The notes under the pieces were generated by a model, which worked only from the letters and a program-made list of their open reading frames with translations, was not told where the DNA came from and did not search any database. A program made the translations under genes and the position numbers. 64,000 bases of DNA, taken from Bacillota bacterium. Its GTDB lineage: Bacteria > Bacillota > Proteinivoracia > UBA4975. How positions within the stretch are numbered: the stretch's first letter is position 1; every line of letters starts with the position of its first letter. The stretch lies in assembly GCA_012523545.1 (NCBI GenBank), contig JAAYIH010000009.1:1248-65247 (forward strand), written 5' to 3'. Shown here one piece after another: positions 63,008-64,000 of the stretch.

Positions 63008-64000
63008 TTGCGCCTCTGCAAAAAATGCCGGACTCTGCTGGAACCCCAGGATAAGTATTGTGCTTATTGCGGGCGGCCTGTGGCCGCCAAAAAGAAGTCC
63101 CGCTGGATTATCATTGGCCTTTTGGCCTGCCTGGCCCTGGCGTTGCTGGCTGTCGCCAACCTGGACCCGGAAAAACACAAACGCCCGCGCAGTGAAGAGC
63201 ATCTTGCCCTGGGCTATCAATACCTCGAAGAACAAAACTTTGAGCAGGCCATCGCCGCCTTTGACCTGGTGTTGCAAGTTGAGGCCGGCAACACCGAAGC
63301 CATCCTGGGCAAGGCCAAAGTCTTTCTGGCCATGGGCGACACTGAGGAGGCCAAAGCCATCCTGCAGCAGGCGGCGACCCGGCACCCTTCTGCTGAAATC
63401 TACATCTTGCTTTTCCAAATCTGCAGCGCAGATGACATCCTTTCTGCTCTGGAAATTCTGCACCAGGGATATGAGCTTACCACAGCAGAGGAATTGGCTG
63501 AATTGTGGGCAGAAGAAATGGCCAAGATTACCATTGAGATTGAGAACGCCAGTCCCGCCCTGGGCGAAACGGTACGCCTGAGGTTGCTCTACGGCCACAT
63601 TCCTCTGCCCGCCCATTGGGAAGTGGAATACCCGGGCCAGATGGTTCCCCGGGAGCACGGCATACTGCTGTCGGCGGAGGAACCCGGCCTGGTCACCGTC
63701 ATCGCTTCCACCGGCACTTTCGCCCGGGAAGCCCAGGTCCTGTTTACCGAACCCGCGCCTCCGCCCGGAGAGATTGAAACCCTGGTGCTGGAACTCAACC
63801 GGCTCTTCACCCTGCCAGCTTTTCAGCATCCCGATGACATTCCCGACGACACCCTTTTGCAAATCCTGTATTTTTGGGCACAGGAACAAACCGGGGAAAT
63901 GGTTATCCCCGCTGCAGAAATCGACGCCGCCTGCCGCCAAATCTTCGGGCCGCACAGGCAACTCCCCCAGCACCGCTCCACAGTGTTGCTGGTATGGGAC
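63008..64000 (+). CDS. Zinc-ribbon, TM and TPR protein (runs off window; absent from ORF track)
   Basis: GAGGAGG+TTG; LCKKC..YCAYCG, TM, HLALGYQYLEEQNFEQAIAAFDLVL..NTEAILGKAKVF. Confidence 0.85.
   Translation, partial: MRLCKKCRTLLEPQDKYCAYCGRPVAAKKKSRWIIIGLLACLALALLAVANLDPEKHKRPRSEEHLALGYQYLEEQNFEQAIAAFDLVLQVEAGNTEAILGKAKVFLAMGDTEEAKAILQQAATRHPSAEIYILLFQICSADDILSALEILHQGYELTTAEELAELWAEEMAKITIEIENASPALGETVRLRLLYGHIPLPAHWEVEYPGQMVPREHGILLSAEEPGLVTVIASTGTFAREAQVLFTEPAPPPGEIETLVLELNRLFTLPAFQHPDDIPDDTLLQILYFWAQEQTGEMVIPAAEIDAACRQIFGPHRQLPQHRSTVLLVWD

Noticed and set aside
58278-64000. WYL-associated anti-phage island
   Set aside because: Neighbours are murB, DHH, UPF0173 and TPR genes at host-like GC; no defence effector recognised

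Overview
GC-rich, Bacillota-like chromosomal window, mostly on the minus strand. It holds: a purine operon (purE-B-C-L-F-M-N-H-D; no purK, purS or purQ) under a tandem guanine+PRPP riboswitch; a guanine-riboswitch NCS2 permease; guaA; a DUF58/transglutaminase/MoxR trio; CIRCE-groESL; a full selenocysteine locus (selA, selB, LysR, Sec-containing selD, tRNA-Sec, fdhD, two paralogous membrane proteins); an 8-gene ABC/MoxR/DUF58/vWA operon; an MBOAT O-acylation cluster; a small AT-rich islet; murB; and a WYL regulator. Two candidate novelties stand out. (1) A P3-less Moco-class (likely tungsten-cofactor) riboswitch with promoter and terminator controls two uncharacterised lipoproteins built from molybdopterin-oxidoreductase-like repeats, one fused to a phosphodiesterase-like domain; this may be a pterin-cofactor scavenging system. 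(2) Glutaminase functions in purine synthesis appear lost together (GuaA catalytic Cys->Gly, purQ/purS absent, altered PurF pocket), suggesting direct ammonia use. All calls come from manual motif recognition; no searches were run.
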